From positions 16,264 through 80,263 of the forward strand of contig DULL01000010.1 in the NCBI GenBank assembly GCA_012840395.1: a DNA stretch of 64,000 bases. The letters are read 5' to 3'. Each line of letters opens with the position of its first letter. Position 1 is the stretch's first letter. The notes beneath the pieces are model-generated. The model was not told the origin of the DNA. It worked only from the letters and a program-made list of their open reading frames with translations, and did no database searches. Origin of the DNA: Clostridiaceae bacterium (GTDB taxonomy: Bacteria > Bacillota > Clostridia > Acetivibrionales > DULL01). The position numbers and the translations under genes are program-made. Below, one piece after another: positions 48,215 to 58,217 of this stretch.

Positions 48215-49270
48215 ATGAAATTTCGGATGCTAATATTTGTTACTTGTATTATTATATCAGCGTTATTATTTGCAGATGGGCTTAGCATACTAAGCACTAT
48301 TGGAAATAACAAGGCTAATCTTCTTTCAGATAATGGAAACTATAGCTTAATCCGGCATCAGGAAAATAAACGCTATGGAGATCCTGGCCTTAATTTGCCC
48401 AATCAAGGAGAATCAGGTAATCAAAAAGAGACAGAGACCGAAAAGGTATCGGATGAAGATAGTTTAGAGTCTGAGAATGAAGAATTTGCCAGATACTCAG
48501 AAAGTAAAATTGTTAATTTGCTAATTTTAGGTTTAGATGAAGAAGAAACCAGAACAGATGTAATACTATTCCTGAACTATAATATGAATGAGGGAAAATT
48601 AAATATTTTGTCCATTCCCAGAGATACCAAAGTATATATAAAAGGAAAAGCTGAAAAGATTAATGCTTTATATGCTTTTGGAGGAGTTCCTTTAATTAGC
48701 GCGACGATAAGGAAGATTACAGGATTATCTGCAGACTATTATATAAAATTAAACTTTAAGGGTTTTAGAAAGATAATAGATACTTTAGGGGGTGTGGAGT
48801 TTGATGTTCCAATTAATATGCACTATGATGACCCGGTCCAGAATCTCCATATTCACTTAAACAAAGGAAGACAATTGTTGAATGGAAAACAGGCTGAGGG
48901 TCTGGTCAGGTTCAGAAAGGGAAATAATGGAACTTCAGGATATGAAGATGGGGATATAGGAAGAATAAAAGTACAGCAGGAATTTGTAAAAGCTCTTATA
49001 AAACAAAAACTTAAGTTCAAATATATATCCAAAGCTGATGAAATCTTTACAATCTTAAAAGAATATATGAAAACTAATATTGAACTATCCGATGTTAGAT
49101 ATTATCTTAAGGGTATTAAAAACTTTGACTATGAAAAAATAAGCTCCTACACCCTTCCTGGTGATTCTGTGTTCCAAAACAAGTTATGGTACTTTATATA
49201 TGATAAAGAAAAAACTCAACAACTTATTAATGAGAATTTTTATCTGGAACATGTACAATCCATTCAATAA
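48215..49270 (+). CDS. LCP (LytR-CpsA-Psr) family wall-polymer ligase
   Basis: N-terminal TM anchor, then LILGLDEEETRTDVILFLNYN...LSIPRDT. Confidence 0.9.
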   Translation: MKFRMLIFVTCIIISALLFADGLSILSTIGNNKANLLSDNGNYSLIRHQENKRYGDPGLNLPNQGESGNQKETETEKVSDEDSLESENEEFARYSESKIVNLLILGLDEEETRTDVILFLNYNMNEGKLNILSIPRDTKVYIKGKAEKINALYAFGGVPLISATIRKITGLSADYYIKLNFKGFRKIIDTLGGVEFDVPINMHYDDPVQNLHIHLNKGRQLLNGKQAEGLVRFRKGNNGTSGYEDGDIGRIKVQQEFVKALIKQKLKFKYISKADEIFTILKEYMKTNIELSDVRYYLKGIKNFDYEKISSYTLPGDSVFQNKLWYFIYDKEKTQQLINENFYLEHVQSIQ

Positions 49271-50192
49271 AATATACAAAATATCTGGTAAAAGGGAAAA
49301 ACAAAAGTGCACTTAAAATATTAAATATTGTATGGGCATTGGCTACCAGGTGAGTACTGTCCTGACCGATAAAATTGGTAATGTACTCAACTAGCCTGGT
49401 GAAAGGTGAAATAAAAATAAGTGCAATGATAGAACCGATTATATTATAAATTGTGTGAGCCCATGCAGTCTGCCTGGCAGGAAGACTGGTGCCTATACTC
49501 GCAATTTGTGCGCTTATGCAGGTACCAATATTATCTCCCAGGGTAAGCCCAATAGCTCCTTCGAGTCCTATTATGCCTCCATTGAATAGCACTATGGTTA
49601 AACCTACAGTAGCACTGCTACTTTGAACAAGCATAGTAGCAATCATACCGACTATTAAACCTATATACGGATTACATCCATATTTACTGAAAATGTTAAA
49701 AATTACAGGATTTTTTTTCAATATAGGCACGCCTGAATGCAGTATGTTTATTCCAAGAAAAAGCAAGCCAAGACCGGTGATAGTTATGCCGATATTTCTT
49801 ATATTCTTTTTCCTTGATATAGCTCTGATAACCAATCCTGTAATTAATACAGGCAGTGCATACTTTGTTAGATTAATGGACATAAGTTGTGCAGTTATTG
49901 TGGTTCCGATATTAGCGCCGTAAATTATTCCCATTGCCTGATAGAGGCTCATTAAGCCTGCATTTACAAGACTTACTGTAATAACGGTGACTGCAGCGCT
50001 GCTTTGAACCAAGGCCGTGATTATTGTACCGGCAATGAAGGAAGTAATGATGTTTCCGGTATATTTCTCCAGTATTTTTTTCAATAAGCCGGTATTAGCT
50101 CTTTCTAGGCCGCAAGTTATTTGATTCAATCCGAATATCAGGCAAATTGTTCCTGCAAAAAAATTATATAATATAATAAACAGGGTTTTCAT
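49227..50192 (-). CDS. Na/Pi-cotransporter family membrane protein (short form, no PhoU-like tail)
   Basis: Duplicated Na_Pi_cotrans-type repeats (QSSSA.. motifs). The 3' end overlaps the LCP gene by 44 nt. Confidence 0.85.
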   Translation of the reverse strand: MKTLFIILYNFFAGTICLIFGLNQITCGLERANTGLLKKILEKYTGNIITSFIAGTIITALVQSSAAVTVITVSLVNAGLMSLYQAMGIIYGANIGTTITAQLMSINLTKYALPVLITGLVIRAISRKKNIRNIGITITGLGLLFLGINILHSGVPILKKNPVIFNIFSKYGCNPYIGLIVGMIATMLVQSSSATVGLTIVLFNGGIIGLEGAIGLTLGDNIGTCISAQIASIGTSLPARQTAWAHTIYNIIGSIIALIFISPFTRLVEYITNFIGQDSTHLVANAHTIFNILSALLFFPFTRYFVYFIEWIVHVPDKNSH

Positions 50193-50197
50193 CTACA

Positions 50198-50246
50198 CCT
50201 CGCAATTAGTTGGATAATTGCATCTACATAAATAATAATTGCGAGG
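50198..50246 (-). promoter_or_regulatory. 5'-UTR hairpin occluding the Shine-Dalgarno of the Na/Pi-cotransporter gene, with an alternative pairing partner
   Basis: In the mRNA, CCUCGCAAUUA (50246-50236) pairs with UAAUUGCGAGG (50208-50198), and GAGG is the RBS 5 nt before the AUG. An internal GCAAUUA (50221-50215) can pair with the same strand and leave GAGG free. Confidence 0.5.
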
Positions 50247-50389
50247 CTTGTCAGAATAGAACCAATTTATATTAAAAGAACGTTAAAATATCTGATTTCC
50301 CTTTGTTGCCTGGGAATTTTATCTAGGCTATAATATATACATTATTAATATTTAGAAATGCTGACACTGGGAAAGGTTGGGTGTGATAA

Positions 50390-52348
50390 ATGGGGGAAAA
50401 CCATCTGAGACATTACCTGAACGCAAAAAGGATGGCTGCAAAAGCATATAATGCCAGCATATCCAGAGGTAAATCAGGTTATCTGCCTTTTTTGGAAGGC
50501 CTGCTGAAAAATACTGATATAGTTTCGGAAGTAGATCTTGGAATAGTGGATATACCTCTCAGAAAAGTCATTGGTACCTATACTTATACCAGAAGTGTTT
50601 CCTTTGCTCCCAACTTTATGCCTTTAATGAATGATAATACTGAGTTTGCCCAGAAATGGATGAACTTGTGCGCTATTCACGAAAAAGAAGGGCTAAGAGA
50701 CCCTATAATAGTTTATGAATATCTGAACTGGTTTTATGTTGTTGAAGGGAACAAAAGAGTCAGCATTTTGAAATATTTTGGTGTTCACTCTTTCCCGGCA
50801 AAGATAACACGCTTGGTCCCAAAGAGGGATGAAAATAATACTGATATAGTAATCTACTATGAGTTTATGGATTTCTATAAAAAAACAGGTATTAACACTA
50901 TCTGGTTCTCAAAAAAAGGAAGCTTTGCCAGCCTTCTCAAATATATTGAAGAATTTGACCCGAAAGATAAAATAATTATTTCAGGAAACAAGTACAGGTA
51001 TTTTACAAATTCGGTCTATCTTCCATTCAGGAAAGCTTATCATGAGGTAGGTGGCGGAAGACTGCCAATTACCACAGGAGATGCTTTTTTAGAATACGTA
51101 AAACTATATGGATTGCCTGTTAATATAACAGAGCAGGAACTTAAACAAACACTTAGAAATTTATTGATTGAACTTGAGCATATGGCCGGTTTTGAAGAAA
51201 TCAACGTGCTTACAACTCCTCCGGAGGAACATGAACCTTCCATTTTTTCTGCCATAGCTACATTGATAAAGCCCAAAAAGGTCTTAAGAATTGCTTTTGC
51301 CTATGCAAAAACCATAGAGGATTCCAACTGGACTAATTCTCATGAATGGGGAAGGCGTCATGTAGAAAATATCATGAAAGATTCTATTTCAACTTCATAT
51401 ATCGAAAATGTGCCGGAAGGATTATCGGCTTACAATTCTATAAAAATGCTTGCCGAAGAAGGAAATGACATTATATTCGCAACCAGCCCTACGTTTATAA
51501 ATGCCACATTGAAAGCTGCCCTTGAATATCCAGATATCAGATTTTTTAATTGTACCCAGACAAAATCATATAAGCATGTCCAAACCTACTTTGGAAGGAT
51601 ATATGAACCTAGATTTCTGACAGGATTGGTTGCCGGTGCGGTCACGCGGAAAGATATAATCGGATATGTGGGGACTCACCCCATCTGTGAGGTAATCAGC
51701 GGCATTAATGCTTTTGCTCTCGGAGCAAGAATGGTAAATCCCAGAGTGAAAGTTATAGTAGAATGGACCAATGAATGGGATTCTCCTGAAAAATCCAGGG
51801 AGGCCAGCTGCAGACTGGTCAATAAGGGCGCGGACATAATAAGCCATCATAATGCCCTTGGGAAAAAAGAATATGGTGTATTTTCGGCAATCTGCAAAGG
51901 AGAAGATGAAAACAGTCTCATAACCAGGAACCTTGCTACACACTTGTGGAACTGGGGTGTGTTTTATGAAAGAATAATTTCTGGAATATTAAATGACACA
52001 TGGAAAAGTACCGCAGATGCTTTTGGAGCCGGTTCACGGCTTATTAATTACTGGTGGGGCATGGATTCAGGTATTGTGGATGTTTTTTATTCCAAAAGGC
52101 ATGTACCCAGGGAAACCCAAAAATTACTGCTGATTTTCAAGAAAATGATAGAGAATAATTCTTTTCATCCCTTTACCGGGCCTATTTATGACCAGAATGG
52201 CAAGTTGAGAATAAAACATGATGAAATTGCTAGCCACGATGATATTCTTTCAATGAACTGGTTTGTGGATGTTGTGGAAACTACCATGCCAAAGATTGGA
52301 AAAAGAAATATTGATCTTGAAACTTACGTTCCGATAGTGGAAGAATAA
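50390..52348 (+). CDS. Cytoplasmic fusion protein: ParB/Srx-like N-terminal domain plus BMP/PnrA-family (nucleoside-binding-like) C-terminal domain
   Basis: No signal peptide. DPIIVYEYLNWFYVVEGNKRVSILKYFG is ParB-N-like. The C-terminal 350 aa (LRIAFAYAK...IGYVGTHPICEVISGINAFALGA...) is BMP-family-like. Confidence 0.75.
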   Translation: MGENHLRHYLNAKRMAAKAYNASISRGKSGYLPFLEGLLKNTDIVSEVDLGIVDIPLRKVIGTYTYTRSVSFAPNFMPLMNDNTEFAQKWMNLCAIHEKEGLRDPIIVYEYLNWFYVVEGNKRVSILKYFGVHSFPAKITRLVPKRDENNTDIVIYYEFMDFYKKTGINTIWFSKKGSFASLLKYIEEFDPKDKIIISGNKYRYFTNSVYLPFRKAYHEVGGGRLPITTGDAFLEYVKLYGLPVNITEQELKQTLRNLLIELEHMAGFEEINVLTTPPEEHEPSIFSAIATLIKPKKVLRIAFAYAKTIEDSNWTNSHEWGRRHVENIMKDSISTSYIENVPEGLSAYNSIKMLAEEGNDIIFATSPTFINATLKAALEYPDIRFFNCTQTKSYKHVQTYFGRIYEPRFLTGLVAGAVTRKDIIGYVGTHPICEVISGINAFALGARMVNPRVKVIVEWTNEWDSPEKSREASCRLVNKGADIISHHNALGKKEYGVFSAICKGEDENSLITRNLATHLWNWGVFYERIISGILNDTWKSTADAFGAGSRLINYWWGMDSGIVDVFYSKRHVPRETQKLLLIFKKMIENNSFHPFTGPIYDQNGKLRIKHDEIASHDDILSMNWFVDVVETTMPKIGKRNIDLETYVPIVEE

Positions 52349-52367
52349 ATATCAAAGTAGTTGAAAA

Positions 52368-52955
52368 CTAAATATCTAATAAGTAATAGCCATAGCTATT
52401 GACAATGGTTGTATTATTATACCGGACTATCCTGTTATGGCGGCCATAGTTGAGATGCTGATGCCCGTGAAAAAAATATTTGGGAGAGTACTTTATTATT
52501 AAATCTTTGAATACTTTAAACCCTTGATGGCATATGTCGTCTCCGTCATTTATACTAAAAGCAGGAGCATGTGTTACCAGGATGTCAAAACCTTTATTGC
52601 GCATAATTTTATACTTCAGTTTTGTAACTCTTTTTTTCATTGCTTTTTCCGTGTACTGAAAAGGGCCACGATTATAGCATTGGGTTCCTCCTAACCCGAT
52701 GATTCTCAGACCATTAAAAATCACAAATTTTCCGTCAATGCAGGTACATCCTCCAGGAGGATTTGTTAAGTAACTTGAATCGTGATTTCCATGAACATAG
52801 AACAAAGGTGCGTTGATCATTGTTACTAGAAAAGAAAGATATTCGGCCTTCAGATCACCGCAGGATATTATAAGATCCACTCCATTAAACCGTTCTTTAT
52901 CAAAATAATCCCATATATAAGATACTTCCTTATCAGCTACCAATAAAATTCTCAT
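52368..52955 (-). CDS. Metallophosphoesterase
   Basis: GDL, GNHD and GHQH motifs of calcineurin-like phosphoesterases. Confidence 0.85.
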   Translation of the reverse strand: MRILLVADKEVSYIWDYFDKERFNGVDLIISCGDLKAEYLSFLVTMINAPLFYVHGNHDSSYLTNPPGGCTCIDGKFVIFNGLRIIGLGGTQCYNRGPFQYTEKAMKKRVTKLKYKIMRNKGFDILVTHAPAFSINDGDDICHQGFKVFKDLIIKYSPKYFFHGHQHLNYGRHNRIVRYNNTTIVNSYGYYLLDI

Positions 52956-53135
52956 TATTCTCCTTTATTAGACAAAACATATTCTTATTATTTTACAGGT
53001 ATAAACCTTATTATACTTTATAGTAATTATTTAAACAAGATGACTATTAACTGTTAACAGTTTGCGCTTGAAAAAATGGGGTAATTATAATAAAGTATTA
53101 CTATGAAAAAAATGATAAAGGGAGGCGATAATCTT

Positions 53136-53534
53136 ATGACCGATATAGTTAAAAATGAAATACATGAGGACAAAATTATTATAGCAGATGAAGTTTTATC
53201 AACCATAGCAGGAGTATCTGCAACCAGTGTTAAAGGAGTTACTTCACTTAGTGGAGGATTAGTGGACGGAATTGCAGGTATACTGGGCAGAAAAAACCTT
53301 GGGAAGGGCGTAAAGGTTGAAAGCAACGACAAAGAGGTAATTATAGAGATAGCATTGATTGTTGAATACGGATGTAAGATACATGTTGTCGCAAGAGAGG
53401 TCCAGAATGTTGTAAGATCAACTATTGAAGATATGACAGGCATGAGAGTAGCGGAAGTTGATGTCAACGTAGTTGGTATAAGCATGGATAAGGATTCAAA
53501 AAAGCTGGAGGCAAGCAATACTGAAAATGAATAA
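53136..53534 (+). CDS. Asp23/Gls24-family envelope stress protein
   Basis: IIIADEVLSTIAGVSATSVKGV motif. ATG 53136 follows AGGGAGG. Confidence 0.88.
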   Translation: MTDIVKNEIHEDKIIIADEVLSTIAGVSATSVKGVTSLSGGLVDGIAGILGRKNLGKGVKVESNDKEVIIEIALIVEYGCKIHVVAREVQNVVRSTIEDMTGMRVAEVDVNVVGISMDKDSKKLEASNTENE

Positions 53535-53566
53535 TAAGGTACATATATTTATTTGATGATATTTGT

Positions 53567-54895
53567 ATGGGAGGGTTATATACGGGTACCTACAGAAGTA
53601 TTCTTGCTTCCTTAAAAAACAGCTGGGAGAACGACAGAACAAGATTGCTGTTCATAATAGACGGTGTTTTTATAAATGCTGCGGCTGTCCTGACTGCAGG
53701 AATCTTTCTTTCAGGTTATATAATCCTGTTGGGAGGTTCAGATTTTCTTGTAGGAGTGGTTAAAAATTCAGCAATATGGGCATCTATAGTAGCATTTTTC
53801 TCTTTTTTAATATATGAGCGTTTGGAAAAGAGAAAAAAGCTATTATTGTGCCTGCATGGTATTTCAAGATTTTTACTTGGTTCGGTTGTTTTTTTTCCTT
53901 TATTTATAAACAATAATAAAATTAATTTAATATTAGTATCTAGTTGTGTAATAATAGGGAATATAACCTGGGCTATTTATTCAGTGGGCTTCTCTGTGTG
54001 GCTTATGAACTCTGTCCCTAAAGAATCCAGGAGTAATTTTGTCTACCAGAGAATGTTCTGGTTAAGAATTTCTTTTACTATTGTTACACTGGTTATGGGA
54101 AAGGTACTGGATTTATTTAATAAATCCTATGAAGGTTTTCTGTTTGTTTTTATCTCCAGTCTTATATTTTCTTTAGGTGATTTAATTGCTCTGGCTAATA
54201 TTAAGGAAGCTCCCAATATTGTGAAAAAAGAAACCAAAATAAACAGTGAGATATTCCTTGAACCACTGAAGTCACATATTTATCGGGGGTTCCTTATTTT
54301 TGTTTTTTTATTTTACTGTTTCCTGAATATTTCAGGTTCTTTCAGTACTGTTTATTTTATAAGATACCTTGATCTTGACTACAGCATACTTTCTGCATTT
54401 GATGTTTCAGTATATGTTTTTATGATTATATCCATCAGATACTGGAGAAAGATTGAAAGCAAGCATGATGTGAAATTTGTGCTTAAAATATCATCCTATA
54501 TCCTAATATTTGAGTTTGCTGTATATGCTTTTTTAAGAAAAGAATCAGCAATGTTGATATTCTTAGGTGCCATATTGTCCGGCATAGGAAACGGAGGGTT
54601 TAATATTGCAATTTTTACTTACCGGTATGACATAATGCCGGAAGACAACAGAACCTTGTACGAAGCCTGGTTTGGAGCAGTATATGGTATAAGCACTCTT
54701 GTGGCACCGGTTATAGGAAACTTTTTTATTAAGACTTTACCTGAAATAAGTATTTTTTCGCTGAAATTTAATAGTTTCCAGATAAATTATTTCATATCTT
54801 TTGCAATTAGTTTGTCTATTATATTTTTCTCCTTTAGTGGTCCGGGAAAATTAAGAGTGATGAAAGATATCAGAAGGGGCGCTTATGAAATATAA
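53567..54895 (+). CDS. MFS-type transporter
   Basis: About 12 TM segments. No substrate signature recognised. Confidence 0.8.
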   Translation: MGGLYTGTYRSILASLKNSWENDRTRLLFIIDGVFINAAAVLTAGIFLSGYIILLGGSDFLVGVVKNSAIWASIVAFFSFLIYERLEKRKKLLLCLHGISRFLLGSVVFFPLFINNNKINLILVSSCVIIGNITWAIYSVGFSVWLMNSVPKESRSNFVYQRMFWLRISFTIVTLVMGKVLDLFNKSYEGFLFVFISSLIFSLGDLIALANIKEAPNIVKKETKINSEIFLEPLKSHIYRGFLIFVFLFYCFLNISGSFSTVYFIRYLDLDYSILSAFDVSVYVFMIISIRYWRKIESKHDVKFVLKISSYILIFEFAVYAFLRKESAMLIFLGAILSGIGNGGFNIAIFTYRYDIMPEDNRTLYEAWFGAVYGISTLVAPVIGNFFIKTLPEISIFSLKFNSFQINYFISFAISLSIIFFSFSGPGKLRVMKDIRRGAYEI

Positions 54896-55619
54896 ATTAA
54901 TTTGCTGTGAAGTATTTATGAGAATAGTTTGTATGGAAATAGCTACAACATCTAATACAATTGATCCTGAATTTACCAAACTTGGCGCTCACGAAAATCC
55001 AGACAGTTTAAGGGATATAATTCAGGAGAAAATCGACAGTATACGTGAAGAAGATGGCTATGATGCTGTACTGCTAGGTTATGGTCTATGTGGAAATGCT
55101 GCACTGCGCCTGAAAGCAGGTTCTGTACCGCTTGTTATTCCCAGGGCACATGACTGTTGTACTATATTTCTTGGTTCAAAAGACAGATTTCTTGAACATT
55201 TTAAAGATAGATTGAGTGCTTCCTGGAGTTCGGCAGGTTATGCGGAACGTTCAACGGAATATCTGAGAGAAACAGATACCGGCAAATTTCTGGGATTAGA
55301 CAGAAGTTATCAAGAACTGGTAGAACAGTATGGGGAAGATAATGCCCGATATATTTGGGATATCCTTCATCCTGAAAATTACCAAAAAGATGATCTTATA
55401 TATATAAGAATTCCTGAGTTTGAAAGTCTGGGATATCTGGAAAAACTTAAAGAGAAAGCTTCCCAAGAAGGTAGAAATGTTCAGGTATTAGAAGGGGATA
55501 CAAGATTAATAAAGAAGCTTATCAATGGCCAGTGGGATGAAGAAGAATTCTTGCTGGTCCCTCCTGGGAGAAGTATTGCTGCCGTATATGATCATAAAGA
55601 AATAATCTGTGTTGAATAA
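54885..55619 (+). CDS. DUF1638 domain protein
   Basis: LICCEVF, LLGYGLCGNA and PRAHDCCTIFLGS motifs. Overlaps the MFS stop by 11 nt. Confidence 0.8.
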   Translation: MKYKLICCEVFMRIVCMEIATTSNTIDPEFTKLGAHENPDSLRDIIQEKIDSIREEDGYDAVLLGYGLCGNAALRLKAGSVPLVIPRAHDCCTIFLGSKDRFLEHFKDRLSASWSSAGYAERSTEYLRETDTGKFLGLDRSYQELVEQYGEDNARYIWDILHPENYQKDDLIYIRIPEFESLGYLEKLKEKASQEGRNVQVLEGDTRLIKKLINGQWDEEEFLLVPPGRSIAAVYDHKEIICVE

Positions 55620-55679
55620 TAATGTAATTATAACTTTTAATTAAGAGAGTTATAATAACTATAATATTGTCAAAATCAG

Positions 55680-55708
55680 TTGAAATATACCCAATAATAG
55701 TATATAAT
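55680..55708 (+). promoter_or_regulatory. Promoter of the maf-radC-mre cluster
   Basis: TTGAAA (55680-85), 17 nt, TATAAT (55703-08). Confidence 0.55.
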
Positions 55709-55747
55709 GGTAAATATTGTATGAGTTTAGCATTTGGGGTGGTTACG

Positions 55748-56320
55748 ATGGAATTTATATTGGCTTCATCTTCTCCTCGAAGAGTCGAACTTTTGAAACA
55801 GATTGGCTTAAAATTTAAGATAATTCCTCCTGAGTTAGACGAAAGTATTAATCAGGATTCAGATCCAAAAGAGATTGTTATGGAATTATCCAAGAGGAAA
55901 GCTATGAATGTAGCAAGAAGAGTTACCGGAGAATCAATAATAATTAGTGCTGATACCATTGTGGTAAAGGATTCGGTAATGGGAAAGCCTGCAAATGAAC
56001 AGGAAGCCTTTTCCATGCTTAAAGCATTGCAGAATTCCTGGCATGATGTTATTACCGGCATAACTCTCATAGATACCCGAAATTTTAATTCTATTACTTC
56101 ATATGAAATAACCAGGGTAAAAATGAAGCCCCTTTCAGATGATACTATAATGTCATACATAAGAACCGGTGAACCATTCGATAAAGCCGGAGGTTACGGC
56201 ATTCAAAGCCTGGGTGCCCTTCTGGTGGAAAAAATCGATGGCTGCTATTTTAACGTAGTTGGCCTGCCCTTGGCTAAACTTAATACAATGTTAGGAAATA
56301 TGGGTATAAGGGTGTTGTAA
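55748..56320 (+). CDS. maf: Maf-family nucleoside triphosphate pyrophosphatase
   Basis: MEFILASSSPRRVELL, SADTIV, DKAGGYGIQ motifs. Confidence 0.92.
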   Translation: MEFILASSSPRRVELLKQIGLKFKIIPPELDESINQDSDPKEIVMELSKRKAMNVARRVTGESIIISADTIVVKDSVMGKPANEQEAFSMLKALQNSWHDVITGITLIDTRNFNSITSYEITRVKMKPLSDDTIMSYIRTGEPFDKAGGYGIQSLGALLVEKIDGCYFNVVGLPLAKLNTMLGNMGIRVL

Positions 56321-57028
56321 ATGGTTGATGTAAAAGGCAGACTAAGAATCAAGGATCTTCCTGCGAGTGAAAGACCTTATGAGAAACTGGAAAAGTTTGG
56401 CGCAGAAGTATTATCAAATGCCGAACTTTTGGCAATAATCATAAGAACCGGAAGTAAAAATGAAACATCTGTTGATCTTGCACAAAGAATACTAATGCAA
56501 GGTGAAGGGAAAAATGATTTAAAGTTTTTATATAATCTTAGTCCGGAGCAACTAATGAAAATCAAGGGTATTGGCAGAGTAAAAGCTTTGCAGATAAAGG
56601 CTTTGATTGAGTTTTCAAAAAGAATATCTTCCACTAATAGTTTTGCTGAAAAAACCGTTATAAAGTCACCTGAAGACGTAAAAATGCTTTTAATGGAAGA
56701 GATGAGATATTTAAAAAAAGAGATTTTTAAGGTTATACTCTTAAACACAAAGAACCATGTGATCAGACATGTTAATATTTCTGTAGGCAGTTTAAATGCA
56801 ACCATAGTACATCCAAGGGAAGTTTTTAATGAAGCAGTGAAAGCTGCCTGCTCAGCAGTTATTCTTGTACACAATCATCCCAGCGGGGATCCTGAGCCAA
56901 GTATAGAAGATATTGAAACTACCAACAGACTTGTAAGTGCGGGCAATATTTTAGGAATAAACGTTTTGGATCATATTATTATTGGAAACGGAGAATATGT
57001 AAGTTTAAAAGAAAGAGGGAAAATATAA
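56321..57028 (+). CDS. radC: RadC-family JAB/MPN domain protein
   Basis: HhH region plus the HNHPSGDPEPS JAMM motif. Confidence 0.92.
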   Translation: MVDVKGRLRIKDLPASERPYEKLEKFGAEVLSNAELLAIIIRTGSKNETSVDLAQRILMQGEGKNDLKFLYNLSPEQLMKIKGIGRVKALQIKALIEFSKRISSTNSFAEKTVIKSPEDVKMLLMEEMRYLKKEIFKVILLNTKNHVIRHVNISVGSLNATIVHPREVFNEAVKAACSAVILVHNHPSGDPEPSIEDIETTNRLVSAGNILGINVLDHIIIGNGEYVSLKERGKI

Positions 57029-57176
57029 TCGGTTAGGGAAAAAATTCCTTTTGATATATTTAATTTTTTAAAAATTATTTATTGAAGTAGCATTTGAAGT
57101 GTAGTAAAGTTTATGAATAGAGAGTGTTTTCTACTCTACAAATGATGTTTTCCCTTAATAATAGGAGGATAAAGTA

Positions 57177-58199
57177 ATGAGTTTTTTTTCAAAAGATATT
57201 GGAATTGACTTAGGTACTGCAAACACTTTGGTGCATGTTAAAGGAAAAGGTGTGGTTATAAGAGAACCTTCGGTTGTTGCTATACACAAAAACACAGGAA
57301 AGATTCTTGCGGTAGGCGATGAAGCCAAGAACATGATTGGAAGAACTCCGGGAGACATTGTTGCAATCAGGCCGATGAAAGACGGGGTTATAGCTGATTT
57401 TAATGTTACTCAGGTGATGTTGCGCCATTTTATAACTTCAGCAATAAATAAGGGTTTATTTTCAAAACCTCGGGTTATAATTTGTGTACCTTCAGGTGTT
57501 ACTGAAGTGGAGAAAAGGGCCGTGGTAGAGGCAGCAATTTCCTCAGGCTCTAAAGAAGCTTACCTTATTGAAGAACCGATGGCTGCTGCCATTGGAGCCG
57601 GCCTGCCTGTAGAGGAGCCATCCGGAAGCATGGTGGTGGATATAGGAGGAGGAACAAGCGAGGTAGCTGTAATATCCCTGGGTGGTATTGTTACAAGTAG
57701 ATCTCTGAGGATTGCCGGTGACGAATTCGATGAATCTATTGTACATTATGTAAAAAAAGAATATAATTTGATGATAGGAGAAAGAACTGCTGAAAACATT
57801 AAAATTGCTATCGGGGCTGCATACCCAAGGCCAAAAGATCTGACAAAAGAAGTAAGAGGAAGAGATTTGATAACAGGGTTGCCAAAATATATAACCATTT
57901 CTACTTCAGAAATAATTGAAGCATTAAAAGAGCCTATCAATGCAATTGTGGATGCAATTAAATTTACATTGGAGAAAACTCCACCCGAGCTTGCGGCAGA
58001 TATTATGGATAAAGGAATAATGCTTACCGGTGGAGGGGCTTTGTTAAGCGGTCTTGATAGATTGATCAGGGAAGAGACAGGAATGCCTGTAACCATAGCA
58101 GATCAACCTTTAGATTGTGTTGTAATGGGAACAGGAAGAGTCCTTGAAGAAATTGAAACATTAAAGAGGGTGCTGATTTCTCCTAAAAAGCTGAAGTAA
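57177..58199 (+). CDS. mreB: Rod shape-determining actin homologue MreB
   Basis: [31 protein letters not shown]. Confidence 0.96.
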   Translation: MSFFSKDIGIDLGTANTLVHVKGKGVVIREPSVVAIHKNTGKILAVGDEAKNMIGRTPGDIVAIRPMKDGVIADFNVTQVMLRHFITSAINKGLFSKPRVIICVPSGVTEVEKRAVVEAAISSGSKEAYLIEEPMAAAIGAGLPVEEPSGSMVVDIGGGTSEVAVISLGGIVTSRSLRIAGDEFDESIVHYVKKEYNLMIGERTAENIKIAIGAAYPRPKDLTKEVRGRDLITGLPKYITISTSEIIEALKEPINAIVDAIKFTLEKTPPELAADIMDKGIMLTGGGALLSGLDRLIREETGMPVTIADQPLDCVVMGTGRVLEEIETLKRVLISPKKLK

Positions 58200-58217
58200 A
58201 GAAGGGAGTCCCATCCT

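Noticed and set aside
49227-49270. 44-nt convergent overlap of the LCP and Na/Pi-cotransporter genes as evidence that the transporter is truncated
   Set aside because: Short (about 310-320 aa) Na/Pi-cotransporter-family proteins without a PhoU-like tail exist, and the membrane repeats look complete. Without comparison data I cannot call this a pseudogene.
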